Shown here in pieces: positions 42,094-52,237 of a stretch of 64,000 nucleotides of DNA. The stretch covers positions 672,001-736,000 of the forward strand of contig CAVRAL010000001.1 in assembly GCA_963719085.1 (NCBI GenBank), in the 5' to 3' direction. The translations under genes were made by a program, and so were the position numbers. Each line of letters begins with the position of its first letter. Positions within the stretch are counted from its first letter, which is position 1. The notes under the pieces are model-generated. The model was not told the origin of the DNA and searched no databases. It was given only the letters and a program-made list of their open reading frames with translations. This DNA comes from a candidate division FCPU426 bacterium. Its GTDB lineage: Bacteria; Oederibacteriota; Muellerivitia; Muellerivitales; Muellerivitaceae.

Positions 42094-43554
42094 GTGGCGA
42101 TGAGCGAAACCAGAGTTGGTTCCTTCGAAGAAGAGAAGACCCGATACCAACTGGATGACGATAAGCCCCACGATCAATGCGGAGTCTTCGCGGTTTTCGG
42201 CCATCCCGAAGCCGCTAAGATCACCTACCTTGGCCTGCACTCGCTTCAGCACCGGGGCCAGGAAAGCGCCGGCATTTGCACCATGCATGACGGCCATCTG
42301 TACAATTACAAACGAATGGGCCTGGTCGCCGATATTTTCCAAGAGAGCGTTTTTAAAGACCTGCCCGGAAAAACCGCCATCGGCCACGTGCGTTATTCCA
42401 CCACCGGTTCCAGCCAAATTCGAAACGCCCAGCCTATCGCGGTGGAGTATGCCCGCGGCAACTTGGCGGTGGCCCATAATGGAAACCTGGTCAACGCCCG
42501 CCGTATCCGCGATGAGCTGGAAGCCCGGGGGTCCATTTTTGTCTCCACCATTGATTCCGAGGTCATCGTCCATCTTTTGGCCCGCTCCACCACCCATACT
42601 TTGATCGAGGGATTGATTGAGTCTTTAAAACAAGTGCGGGGTGCCTATTCACTGGTGGTTTTATCCGATGACGGATTGATCGGCGCCCGGGACCCTTCGG
42701 GCTTCCGGCCGTTGTGTCTGGGCAAATTGGACAACTCCTGGGTTTTGGCCAGCGAGACCTGCGCTTTCGATATTATCGACGCGAAGTATGTCCGGGACGT
42801 GGAACCGGGCGAGATTGTCCTGATTAACGAGAATGGGTTGGTGTCCATCAAGCCCTTCGACAAGGTTCCCGCCTCCATGTGCATCTTTGAGTATATTTAT
42901 TTCGCCCGGCCCGATTCCCGCATTTTCGACACCAGCGTGCAAAAGGTGCGCAAGCGCTTGGGCCATGTGCTGGCCCTGGAAAGCCCCGTTCCCGGGGACG
43001 TGGTGGTGCCGGTTCCGGACTCTTCCAATATGGCCGCCACCGGTTACGCCGAGGAATCAGGCATCCCTTACGAGATGGGACTCATCCGCAATCATTACAT
43101 CGGCCGTACTTTTATTGAGCCCGACCAGGCCATCCGGGATTTTGGCGCTCGCCTCAAGTACAACGCGGTGCGGGAAGCGCTGGAAGGCAAGCGGGTCATC
43201 CTGGTGGACGACTCCATCGTCCGGGGAACCACGATGCGTAAAATCGTTAAGATGATCCGAAACGTGGGGGCCAAAGAAGTGCATCTGCGCATCACGTCGC
43301 CGCCGATCATCTCGCCTTGTTTTTACGGCATGGATTTTCCCAGCCGCAAAGAACTGATCGCCGCGACCCACAGCTTGGAGGAGATCAAGACCTACCTGCG
43401 GGTGGACAGCCTGTCTTATCTTTCAGTGGAAGGCATGATGAAGGCCGTCGAGGGCACGCCTCAAGGCCATTGTGTGGCCTGCTTTACGGGTAAATATCCG
43501 GTTCCGTTCGACGAGGAAACCGAGAAATACAGCCTGGAAGTTGGGAAGTGCTAG
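42094..43554 (+). CDS. purF: Amidophosphoribosyltransferase
   Basis: Propeptide then CGVF; LQHRGQESAG, GHVRYST, HNGNL, VDDSIVRGTT; Fe-S cysteines. Confidence 0.97.
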   Translation: MAMSETRVGSFEEEKTRYQLDDDKPHDQCGVFAVFGHPEAAKITYLGLHSLQHRGQESAGICTMHDGHLYNYKRMGLVADIFQESVFKDLPGKTAIGHVRYSTTGSSQIRNAQPIAVEYARGNLAVAHNGNLVNARRIRDELEARGSIFVSTIDSEVIVHLLARSTTHTLIEGLIESLKQVRGAYSLVVLSDDGLIGARDPSGFRPLCLGKLDNSWVLASETCAFDIIDAKYVRDVEPGEIVLINENGLVSIKPFDKVPASMCIFEYIYFARPDSRIFDTSVQKVRKRLGHVLALESPVPGDVVVPVPDSSNMAATGYAEESGIPYEMGLIRNHYIGRTFIEPDQAIRDFGARLKYNAVREALEGKRVILVDDSIVRGTTMRKIVKMIRNVGAKEVHLRITSPPIISPCFYGMDFPSRKELIAATHSLEEIKTYLRVDSLSYLSVEGMMKAVEGTPQGHCVACFTGKYPVPFDEETEKYSLEVGKC

Positions 43555-45863
43555 GAGCTGTTCCTCTGGTTTAGCGCTTCGGGGATTTTTTGAATGGATT
43601 TTGACGGATCATTCAAAGCGCTTTTTTCTCCCGCCACTTGATAAATGGTGATGGTCCCGCTGGTTTCCACCGGTTTTAAAACAAAACGCGATTTGAGTTG
43701 GTTGAAGAGGGTTTGTTCCAAATTCAACCTTTCCCCGGGCAGGGCCTGCGGTTCGTCCATGTCGGGTGAGGTATAAATGTAATCCCCGGTTTTCAAGTCG
43801 GGGCGGGTTGACAGGACGCGCTCCCGGACGGGCTTGAGGAAGACGGCTTGGAGGATGTCGTCGTAGGGGTAGGTTTTCGAGCGGCCGTCATACATCGCGA
43901 TTTCGATTCCTTTTTCCCCAAAAAAATAAACCGGAAATTTTTGGTTTCCCGAGTACTTTTCCATTAATCGCTCCGCGTTTTTCGCGAATGCCTGGTCCCG
44001 GGGAAGGTCCCGGCCAGCCATCAGGAACTGATCAACCATCCGCGGGGGGGACATTCGCCGGCATTGCGAATCCAAAAGATCCTGGGTGGTGGAGATGATG
44101 GGTTGGACGGCGTACAAGGACAGACCTAGGAATAAAACCAGCCAGGCGTTTTGGACGAATTTGGGGACCTGCGGGAAGTCCTTCGCCCGCAAGGCATAAA
44201 GCCAATAAAGCGATAAAAAAATCTCGGGCATCAACACGGGATAAAGATTGGTGCGTATGGAGCGGCCGAAATAATAGAACAATTGAAAGATGCCGTAAAA
44301 AGCCGCCAAGACGAGGACGCTTTTGTGGGGCATCTTTTTTTCCCCGGGAATGAGGAGCCAAAAAAGCGAGAAGTAGAGGATGCCGACGACGATCCACCAA
44401 GGCCCCAGAAGCGGGGTGTCGATCATGCCAAAACCTTGACCATACATTTGAACGTAATCGAAATAATATTCCCAGTGCGGAAGTTGGCCCGCCCGGAGCC
44501 AAGTGAAGAGGTAAATAAAACCCGCCAGCAGGGCGATTCCCAGGGCCGCCGGGACGAGGCGGGTCAAAAATTTTTTAATCGACTCCGCCGTCAAGGGTTC
44601 GGGAAAAAGAGTCTCGTAGGCTACGAAGGCTAGGTAGGGCGGGACAGTGTAAAAACAGACCTCGAAACTCCAAAAAAAAGCCACGGCAACCGTAAAAGCC
44701 TCCAGCCAAATAATTTGAGCGGCCTTTAAGGGATAACGGCTCCGTAAAAGGACGAGCGCGGTCAACCCATAGATAAAACCGAACCGCAGGGCGCCTTGGG
44801 ATGGATACCAAAGCGGGTTGGGGATCTGGTCGCAATTGAGCAGGATCAACGCGACGGTGCCAAGCAGGGGATAAAGGATGGAGCTGAATAATTGGCGGGC
44901 GATCCAAAAGAAAATGACATATTGGGCAAGCCATAGAATGGCGTTCAAAAAATAAAAAGAATGGAATCCCAGGGGCAATAAGCCGGGGAAAATCAGCCTC
45001 AGAAAAAAATAAAGAAAAACGCCGTATTGGGCATTGATGTCCACCAGCATGGTTTTTCCGTTGATGAAATCGGCCAGGGGGCCGATAAAGAAACGATCGT
45101 TGCCGATGTCATATCCGCAAGAAGGGTCGATGAAAAGGAACGCGAAGAGAAGGGCGGCCAGCGAGTAGAGGATGAGGTTTCCGATCCAAGAGTTCACTTT
45201 CAAATGAAGGCGGGGAAGTTTCGGGTTCAGGTCGATGAGAAAGGCGTAGGCCAAGGCGGCGGCGAAAAGAATGTTGCAAAAGCGCCAGGGCAAGAGGCGC
45301 GTTTTCCAACCGGGGACGAGTTGGGTGAGCCAAGATAAAAACAGGACGGCCATGGCAAGATAAATGGCGGCGGATAAAGTTTCCCGTCGAAGCGGCGCGA
45401 AACGTCCGCTCCACGCGGCAACGGCCCAACTGAGGGCTTGGGTCATGAGATAAAGGGCGATCCATGTGATAAGCGGCCAGGGAGCGGGGGTTTGAACATC
45501 CCAATAGGCGGCTAAAACCAGGATAAAATTGAAAAAAACAAAGCTTCGGCGATAAAGAAGCGGAGAAGTGGTTGGGGTGCGAAAACGCTCGATCAGCCGG
45601 GTGATCGCCATGCCGATGAGGGGAAGGCAAACCCAGCTCAACAAATAAAGCTCGTATTGAGGGGTTTTGTTGTCGGGCTTCAGCTGGACGAGAGTAAGCC
45701 AAATTCTTGAAACAAACAGCAAGACCATCAGGCCGTGAAAGGCGCTGGAAAAGCAAAACTCAAGGCTTGAGCCGGGCGCCGGAGAGGAGCTGGTTTTAGC
45801 GCGGGAGGATTGGTTTTTATTTTGGGGTTGGGTGGTTTTAATTTGACGCACGATGTTTTTCAT
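43551..45863 (-). CDS. Large polytopic membrane protein, possible GT-C-fold glycosyltransferase (paralog 1)
   Basis: Many TM segments plus a soluble C-terminal domain; shares GK.LVDINAQYGVFLY, LWYPSQGALRFGFIY, FFWSFEVCFYTVP and GQ.PHWEYYF with its neighbour. Confidence 0.6.
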   Translation of the reverse strand: MKNIVRQIKTTQPQNKNQSSRAKTSSSPAPGSSLEFCFSSAFHGLMVLLFVSRIWLTLVQLKPDNKTPQYELYLLSWVCLPLIGMAITRLIERFRTPTTSPLLYRRSFVFFNFILVLAAYWDVQTPAPWPLITWIALYLMTQALSWAVAAWSGRFAPLRRETLSAAIYLAMAVLFLSWLTQLVPGWKTRLLPWRFCNILFAAALAYAFLIDLNPKLPRLHLKVNSWIGNLILYSLAALLFAFLFIDPSCGYDIGNDRFFIGPLADFINGKTMLVDINAQYGVFLYFFLRLIFPGLLPLGFHSFYFLNAILWLAQYVIFFWIARQLFSSILYPLLGTVALILLNCDQIPNPLWYPSQGALRFGFIYGLTALVLLRSRYPLKAAQIIWLEAFTVAVAFFWSFEVCFYTVPPYLAFVAYETLFPEPLTAESIKKFLTRLVPAALGIALLAGFIYLFTWLRAGQLPHWEYYFDYVQMYGQGFGMIDTPLLGPWWIVVGILYFSLFWLLIPGEKKMPHKSVLVLAAFYGIFQLFYYFGRSIRTNLYPVLMPEIFLSLYWLYALRAKDFPQVPKFVQNAWLVLFLGLSLYAVQPIISTTQDLLDSQCRRMSPPRMVDQFLMAGRDLPRDQAFAKNAERLMEKYSGNQKFPVYFFGEKGIEIAMYDGRSKTYPYDDILQAVFLKPVRERVLSTRPDLKTGDYIYTSPDMDEPQALPGERLNLEQTLFNQLKSRFVLKPVETSGTITIYQVAGEKSALNDPSKSIQKIPEALNQRNSS

Positions 45864-45994
45864 TTTGTGGATGGGGAACCTGGCTCACAAGTACTAAAGA
45901 CGGCCCCAGGTGCCGTTCAAAATAGTACACGATTCATCCGGCCTCTTATAGTTGTTTTGAAACGTCGAAACCCCCAAAAAGCGCCTTCTCCGGT

Positions 45995-48295
45995 TTAGAG
46001 TTTAAAGGCGCTTCCCACAGGGGCTTCCTTTGGCGAGGCGGCAGGGGTGCCTTTTTCGCCCAGCACCTTATAAACCGTGATGGTGCCGCTGGTTTCCACC
46101 GGTTTTAAAACATAACGCGCGTTCAATTGATTGAATAGAGTCTCCTCCAGATGCAGGTTCGTTCCCAGAATGAGGTTTCCATCGGCCATGTCCGGGGAGG
46201 TATAAACACAGTCGCCGGGTTTTAGGACCGGCTGGGTGGCCAGTATTCGGTAGACCGCCGGCGTGCTGAAAACGGCTTGATCGATGTCATCATAGGGGTA
46301 GGCCTTGGAGCGGTGGTCAAACAGGGCCACATCGATCCCCTTGTAGCCGAAAAGATAAACCGGGTATTTGTGGTTTTCCGAGTATTTTTCCATCAATTGC
46401 TCCGCGTTTTTCGCGAATTCATCTTTGCGCGGGACGTCCCGGCTTGCCATCAAAAAATCCCAAGCCATTTGCGGAAACGACATTTGTTGGCGCTCCCAAT
46501 CCAGGTGAGTTTGCGCGATGGAGACGATCGGTTGGACGCAAAAAATTAAAAGCGCCATGAGCGATCCGAGCAGGACGACTTTCACGGCCTTGGCCGCTCC
46601 CTGGGCCGGCGTGACGCGCAGGGAATAAAGCCAGAAAAGAGTCAGCAGGGTGGAAGGCATCACGAGCGGAAAGATGTTCGTGGGCGCGGAACGGCCGAAG
46701 TAATAAAAAATTTGGAAAATGCCGTAAAAAGCCACCAGCGCCAAGACGTTCAAATGAGCCCGGGTTTTCTCGTCCGGCGATCCGCGAAAGGCGAAAATCA
46801 GGAAAAAGGAGAAATAGAGGATCCCGACGATGATCCACCAAGTCCCAAAGATGGGGGTCGCGATCATATCGTAGCCGTATCGGTACATGAAGACGTAATT
46901 GAAATAATATTCCCAATGGGGAAATTGTCCGGATCTTATCCAGGTGTCCAGGGTGATATAAGCGTAGATTAATGCGATGCCGGCCCCGACCATCCCAGCG
47001 CGCTTGAAAAAAAGCGGGAAGTCAAAACGGAAAGGCCGTCTTTCCGACAAGGACTCATAAATCATAAAGAGTCCATAGGCCGGAACCGTGTAAAAACAAA
47101 CCTCGAAACTCCAGAAAAAAGCCGTGGCCGCCGTCAAGGACTCGGCCCATAGGATCATGTTTTTTTTCTCCGGGAAGCGGTTGCGAAGGAGCACCCAAGC
47201 AGCCAGGAGATAGATGAAGCCGAACCGCAAAGCCCCTTGCGAAGGATACCAAAGCGGGCAGGGTCCCGGCACCAGCAGGCAATTGAGCAGGATGAGCACG
47301 AGCATGGACATAAAGGCGTAACTGGCCGAACGGAACAGATGCCGGGCGATAAAAAAGAACACCAGGTACTGGAGAAGGCGCAAGGTGCCGTCCAAAAAGA
47401 AAAAACTGGTTAGTCCCGTCGGCAGGACCGTGGAAAAAACGAGCTTGAGAAAATAATAGAGAAAAACGCCGTACTGGGCGTTGATGTCCACCAACAGGGA
47501 TTTTCCGTTGACGAAATCCGCCACGGGCCCCATGTAAAAGGTCAGGTTGCGGGTATCATAGGTGCAATAGGGGTCGAGGAACATGAAAGCGGCGATTGAC
47601 CCGACCAATAGGTACACCACAAAATTCTGGAGCCGCGTGACGGGGATCAATCCCCGAATCGGCCTTTTAAAATCAATCCCGAAGACAAAGGCGAAAACCA
47701 CCGTCGCGGCGAAAAAATAATTATAAGAGTGCCAAGGAACGATCAAGCTCCGCCAGTCGGGGATCAACACCATGAGCCAAGCCTCGAAAAGCACCGCCAT
47801 GGGAAGATAAAGGAGTACGGAATTTTTTCGGAATCCCCCGGGGAAAAGGCGGGCCGTTGCCGCGGTGATCCCGTAAGCGGCGGCTTGAGCCGTGGCGAAT
47901 AGGCCGATCCAAACCGGCCCGGACCAAGGGTGTTCGCTTTGGACGTCCCAATAGGCCCAAAGCGCCAGGCTGAAGTTTAAAAAGAGCGGGACCCGCAGAT
48001 AAGGGAGGGGCGCGAACCGGGGCCGGTACAAAAGGTCGGTGAGAGCAGCCAGTCCCAGCCCGGTGAAGGGGACCCAGACCCAGGCCAAAAGATAAACACG
48101 GTATTGGAGGCCTTTGTTCAGGATGACCTGGGGATCGAATTGATAGAAACCGAAAAAAATCTTTAAGGCCATTAACCCGAAAAGCGCGCTTAATAAGGGG
48201 AACTCAAATTTAGGGCCCGATTCGTCGGGCGGGGCGGAAGCGGCCTTCATCGGACGGTTTTTGTTTTTCTTGGGGATTATTTTTTTTTGAGGCAA
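45995..48295 (-). CDS. Large polytopic membrane protein, possible GT-C-fold glycosyltransferase (paralog 2)
   Basis: Same architecture and motif blocks as 43551-45863; GGAGGA RBS before TTG. Confidence 0.6.
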   Translation of the reverse strand: MPQKKIIPKKNKNRPMKAASAPPDESGPKFEFPLLSALFGLMALKIFFGFYQFDPQVILNKGLQYRVYLLAWVWVPFTGLGLAALTDLLYRPRFAPLPYLRVPLFLNFSLALWAYWDVQSEHPWSGPVWIGLFATAQAAAYGITAATARLFPGGFRKNSVLLYLPMAVLFEAWLMVLIPDWRSLIVPWHSYNYFFAATVVFAFVFGIDFKRPIRGLIPVTRLQNFVVYLLVGSIAAFMFLDPYCTYDTRNLTFYMGPVADFVNGKSLLVDINAQYGVFLYYFLKLVFSTVLPTGLTSFFFLDGTLRLLQYLVFFFIARHLFRSASYAFMSMLVLILLNCLLVPGPCPLWYPSQGALRFGFIYLLAAWVLLRNRFPEKKNMILWAESLTAATAFFWSFEVCFYTVPAYGLFMIYESLSERRPFRFDFPLFFKRAGMVGAGIALIYAYITLDTWIRSGQFPHWEYYFNYVFMYRYGYDMIATPIFGTWWIIVGILYFSFFLIFAFRGSPDEKTRAHLNVLALVAFYGIFQIFYYFGRSAPTNIFPLVMPSTLLTLFWLYSLRVTPAQGAAKAVKVVLLGSLMALLIFCVQPIVSIAQTHLDWERQQMSFPQMAWDFLMASRDVPRKDEFAKNAEQLMEKYSENHKYPVYLFGYKGIDVALFDHRSKAYPYDDIDQAVFSTPAVYRILATQPVLKPGDCVYTSPDMADGNLILGTNLHLEETLFNQLNARYVLKPVETSGTITVYKVLGEKGTPAASPKEAPVGSAFKL

Positions 48296-48546
48296 GAGAA
48301 ATTCCTCCCTGTCGGTTGAAAATTGTCCGCTGTCTTAAATTTAAAACGTGATCAAAGAGTGCCGCCCACGGGCGGTGCCCCGTGAAATGGCCCGTGATTC
48401 GCTATTATAAAAGTGGCTTATATCCTGATTTTATTCCCCGCAAAATCAAAAGCGGCGCGATGGAAGCCAATGTTTTTCTCGCTTGCGGTCGGCCGGTTGG
48501 AACCTTTACCATGGTTTCGGTTCATTTCAGCCTCACCGGAGCCGCC

Positions 48547-49356
48547 TTGGATTCCTTCACCCAGATACGCCTTCAAGCCAAAAAACGGCTGCTCCAAATG
48601 CACTTTGAGAGCGGAGTGGGACACATCGGCGGCAACCTCTCCTGCCTGGACTCATTGTTGGTACTTTACCATCAGGTTCTTCAAAAAGACGATCTCTTTA
48701 TTTTGTCCAAGGGCCATTCGGCGGGCGCCTTGTATGTGGCGCTTTGGACCAAGGGCCGTTTGAAGGACGAGGATTTAAAACGGTTCCATGGCGAAAATAC
48801 CCTCATCAGCGGACATCCGGCCCCCAAATGGAGCGAAGATATTCTTTTCGCCACCGGCAGCTTGGGCCATGGCTTTTCCCTGGCCGCGGGAGTGGTCTTG
48901 GCCAAGAAACTCAAAAAAGAACCGGGCCGCGTTTTTTGCCTCATGTCGGACGGGGAATGGCAGGAAGGCTCCAACTGGGAAGCGCTCATTTTTTCCGTCA
49001 AAAAAGAACTTTATCCGCTGACCCTCATTATTGATTGGAACGGGCTTCAAGGATTTGGAAGCACGAAAGATATCGGGGGACTGGAACCTTTTTCGGAAAA
49101 GCTCCGGGTTTTGGGGATGCCGGTGGAAGAAGTCGACGGGCATGATCCGGCGGCCCTTGAGAAAGCCCTGAACCGGCCTTACCCGGGTCTTCGGGCGATC
49201 ATTACCTATACGCATAAAGGCAACGGCGTTTCCTTTATGGAAGATAAAATGGAATGGCACTACAAACCGCTGACCGAACCGCTTTACCGGCAAGCGCTGG
49301 AAGAAATTGACAAGGCCGCCCAGGGATTAAACCCCCGGCCGGGGCTCGTGCCATGA
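48547..49356 (+). CDS. Split transketolase-like enzyme, N-terminal TPP-binding subunit (start uncertain)
   Basis: GHIGGNLS, FILSKGH, GSLGHG, SDGEWQEGSNWE, VDGHD, KGNGVSFME. Confidence 0.9.
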   Translation: MDSFTQIRLQAKKRLLQMHFESGVGHIGGNLSCLDSLLVLYHQVLQKDDLFILSKGHSAGALYVALWTKGRLKDEDLKRFHGENTLISGHPAPKWSEDILFATGSLGHGFSLAAGVVLAKKLKKEPGRVFCLMSDGEWQEGSNWEALIFSVKKELYPLTLIIDWNGLQGFGSTKDIGGLEPFSEKLRVLGMPVEEVDGHDPAALEKALNRPYPGLRAIITYTHKGNGVSFMEDKMEWHYKPLTEPLYRQALEEIDKAAQGLNPRPGLVP

Positions 49357-50258
49357 GAATCGAACTTTGCGACGCGCTGGTGCGCCACTGCCTCGACCCG
49401 AAATTTGTTTTTTTAACCGGGGATTTGGGGTTCATGGCGCTGGAACCCTTGCGTGACAAGGCGGGCGATCGGTTCATCAACGCCGGAGTCGCCGAACAAA
49501 ACATGGTGGGAGTGGCGGCCGGGCTCGCCAGCCAGGGACTCAGTCCCTGGGCCTATAGTATCGCGCCTTTCCTATACGCCCGCCCTTTTGAGCAAATCCG
49601 CAACGATGTTTGCTTGCACGACCTGCCCGTCAAATTCATCGGCAACGGGGGCGGCTACGCTTACGGCGTCATGGGCGCGACCCATCACGCGCTGGAGGAC
49701 TACGGCGTCTTGTTGACCCTTCAAAATATGCGAGTCTTTGTTCCGGCCTTTGGCGCGGACGTACCGGTCATGGTGGAGAAGCTGATGACTTTTTCCCATC
49801 CGGCTTACTTGCGCTTGGGCCGGGACGAAAAACCAAAAGAGTTGGAGCCGCCTCCCTATGCCGCTTGGCGAAAAGTGAGCGAAGGATCCGGCGCGACGCT
49901 GTTGGCGGTGGGGCCCATGGCCGGGGTTTTGTGGACGGCGATTTTAGGCCTGAGCGATGAAACCGCCCGGCCGAACCTTTGGGTTCTTACCGAGTTGCCG
50001 GTGGCCCCGGACGAGATGCCCAAACCATTTCTGAAAGATATTGAGCAGTCGGGCCATTTGGCCGTGGTGGAAGAGCATGTGTCCCATGGGGGCGTCGGGG
50101 AAATGATGGCCCGAAACCTGCTCCTCAAGGGGTTGGCCCCGAAGAAGTTCAGCCATTTTCATGCCCGGGGTTATCTTTCCGGTTATTATGGATCGCAGGT
50201 TTTTCATCGTAAGGAAAGTGGTTTGGCGGCGGCCGACATCTTGAAAGTATTGGGATGA
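49353..50258 (+). CDS. Split transketolase-like enzyme, C-terminal subunit
   Basis: TGDLG, GVAEQN, FEQIRND, GATHH, AYLRL, VEEH. Confidence 0.9.
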   Translation: MRIELCDALVRHCLDPKFVFLTGDLGFMALEPLRDKAGDRFINAGVAEQNMVGVAAGLASQGLSPWAYSIAPFLYARPFEQIRNDVCLHDLPVKFIGNGGGYAYGVMGATHHALEDYGVLLTLQNMRVFVPAFGADVPVMVEKLMTFSHPAYLRLGRDEKPKELEPPPYAAWRKVSEGSGATLLAVGPMAGVLWTAILGLSDETARPNLWVLTELPVAPDEMPKPFLKDIEQSGHLAVVEEHVSHGGVGEMMARNLLLKGLAPKKFSHFHARGYLSGYYGSQVFHRKESGLAAADILKVLG

Positions 50259-52237
50259 CCATGCAACTCGAGGAAAAAATTAAACGCTTGCGGGGGCCCC
50301 TCGTGGTCCTGGGCGCCAGCGGTTTTGTGGGCGCCAACCTGCTGAAGCTTCTTTTGCGCTACCGCGAGGATGTTTACGGAACGGTTTTCCATACCCCGGC
50401 CTGGCGCCTGGAAGACGTGCCCCTGAAAAATGTCATTCAATCCGATCTCTTGGTGGACTCGAACCTGGAGCGACTTTTCACGACCTTGGAGCCCAAGACG
50501 ATCTTCAATTGCGTGGCTTACGGCGCCTATTCCTTTGAGACCCGCAGCGAGTGGATTTACCAAACCAATTTCAACCTGACCGCTAAAATCCTGCACCGCT
50601 TAAGTTCCACCGACCTGGCCTGCTATGTCCACTCCGGGAGTTCTTCCGAGTACGGGGACAAGGCTTCGGCTCCGCGGGAGGACGCGCTTCCCGAACCCAA
50701 CAGCGATTACGCGGTTTCCAAAGTGGCGTCGGCCAACCTGATTCATTTTTTCGGAAAAAAGAAACTACTGCCTTGCGCCAATCTGCGCCTTTACGCCATC
50801 TATGGCCCTTTAGAGGATTCGGCCCGCTTGATTCCCAACTTGGTGAAGCGGGGTTTGGAAGGGAAATATCCGGAGTTCGTGAATCCGGAGATATCGCGGG
50901 ATTTTGTTTATGTGGATGACGCCAGTGAGGCCTTCATCGACACGGCTTTGAATTTAAAGCCCGCCGATTATGGGGAGTCGTTCAATATTGGAAGCGGAAA
51001 AAAAACCACCATCCGGGAAGTGGCGAAAACCGCCGGGGAGCTTTTTGGGATTACCGAAAAACCCGCTTTTGAAAGCCTGCCGGACCGCAAATGGGACGTG
51101 ATGGATTGGTACGCCGATCCCAAGAAGGCCAAGGACCGGTTGGGCTGGGAAACCAAGGTTTCGTTCAAAGACGGCCTGCGCAAAAGCAAAGAATGGTATG
51201 AGGGCCTGCCGGACAAAGAAAAGTACAGGCTGTCCTCCAAACAGTTCGGCTTGGACGCCAAACACAGCATTTCGGCGATCGTGGCTTGTTATAAAGATGT
51301 CCAGGCCATTCCCATCATGCACCAAAGGCTCAAAGCCGTGTTTGAGAAGCTTCAGGTGGATTACGAGATTATTTTCGTCAATGACAACAGCCCGGATGAC
51401 AGTGAGGCGGTAATCGCTGAGATTTCCCGCCAGGACCGCCGGGTCACGGGAATCTCCCATTCGCGTAATTTTGGGTCCCAGTCCGCCTTCCGCAGCGGGA
51501 TGGAAATCGCCGCTAAAAACGCCTGTGTGCTTCTGGACGGCGATCTGCAGGACCCGCCGGAACTCATCGAGAAGTTCGTGGAAAAATGGAAGGAAGGTTA
51601 CGATGTTATTTTCGGCCGCCGGGTGAAGCGGCAAGCCTCTTTAATGATGCAGATCGCCTACAAGTCTTTTTACTGGGTTTTCAACAAGTTTTCCTATCTT
51701 CCCATCCCCCGGGACGCCGGTGATTTTTCGCTGATCGACCGCCGGGCGGTGGAGGCCATTCTCCAGTTTCCCGAGCGTGATTTTTTCTTAAGAGGCGTCC
51801 GGGCCTATGTGGGTTTTAAACAAGTGGGGGTGGACTACGCCAGGCCTGAAAGACTGTTCGGCGTGACCACGAATAATTTCTTTAAAAATGTTGAGTGGGC
51901 CAAAAAGGGAATTTTGTCCTTCAGTTACACGCCCCTGAGTGTTTTAAGCACCTGCGGCGTCCTGCTTTTTGGGCTTACGATTCTTTTAGGTTTGGCCCAA
52001 CTGGTGATGCGGTTACTTTTTCCCGACGCGGCCCCCAAGGGCATCACCAGCATTCTTTTGGCGGTCCTCTTTTTTGGCTCCGTTAATCTTTTTGCCTTGG
52101 CCGTGGTGGGCGAATATATCGCTAAAATCTTTGAGGAAGTCAAACAACGGCCTCATTTCGTGCGCCGGGCCATGATCAAAAACGGGGAAGTCCGGGCGGT
52201 TTCCACGGACCGGTCGGGCAAGGACCGCTCCTCGTGA
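50255..52237 (+). CDS. Fusion of NAD-dependent epimerase/dehydratase and GT2 polyprenol-phosphate glycosyltransferase (GtrB/ArnC-like)
   Basis: N-half: GASGFVG, GSSSEYG, YAVSK, RDFVYVDD. C-half: VNDNSPD, SRNFG, DGDLQDPPE, two TM helices, GEYIAKIFEEVKQRP. Confidence 0.9.
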   Translation: MTMQLEEKIKRLRGPLVVLGASGFVGANLLKLLLRYREDVYGTVFHTPAWRLEDVPLKNVIQSDLLVDSNLERLFTTLEPKTIFNCVAYGAYSFETRSEWIYQTNFNLTAKILHRLSSTDLACYVHSGSSSEYGDKASAPREDALPEPNSDYAVSKVASANLIHFFGKKKLLPCANLRLYAIYGPLEDSARLIPNLVKRGLEGKYPEFVNPEISRDFVYVDDASEAFIDTALNLKPADYGESFNIGSGKKTTIREVAKTAGELFGITEKPAFESLPDRKWDVMDWYADPKKAKDRLGWETKVSFKDGLRKSKEWYEGLPDKEKYRLSSKQFGLDAKHSISAIVACYKDVQAIPIMHQRLKAVFEKLQVDYEIIFVNDNSPDDSEAVIAEISRQDRRVTGISHSRNFGSQSAFRSGMEIAAKNACVLLDGDLQDPPELIEKFVEKWKEGYDVIFGRRVKRQASLMMQIAYKSFYWVFNKFSYLPIPRDAGDFSLIDRRAVEAILQFPERDFFLRGVRAYVGFKQVGVDYARPERLFGVTTNNFFKNVEWAKKGILSFSYTPLSVLSTCGVLLFGLTILLGLAQLVMRLLFPDAAPKGITSILLAVLFFGSVNLFALAVVGEYIAKIFEEVKQRPHFVRRAMIKNGEVRAVSTDRSGKDRSS

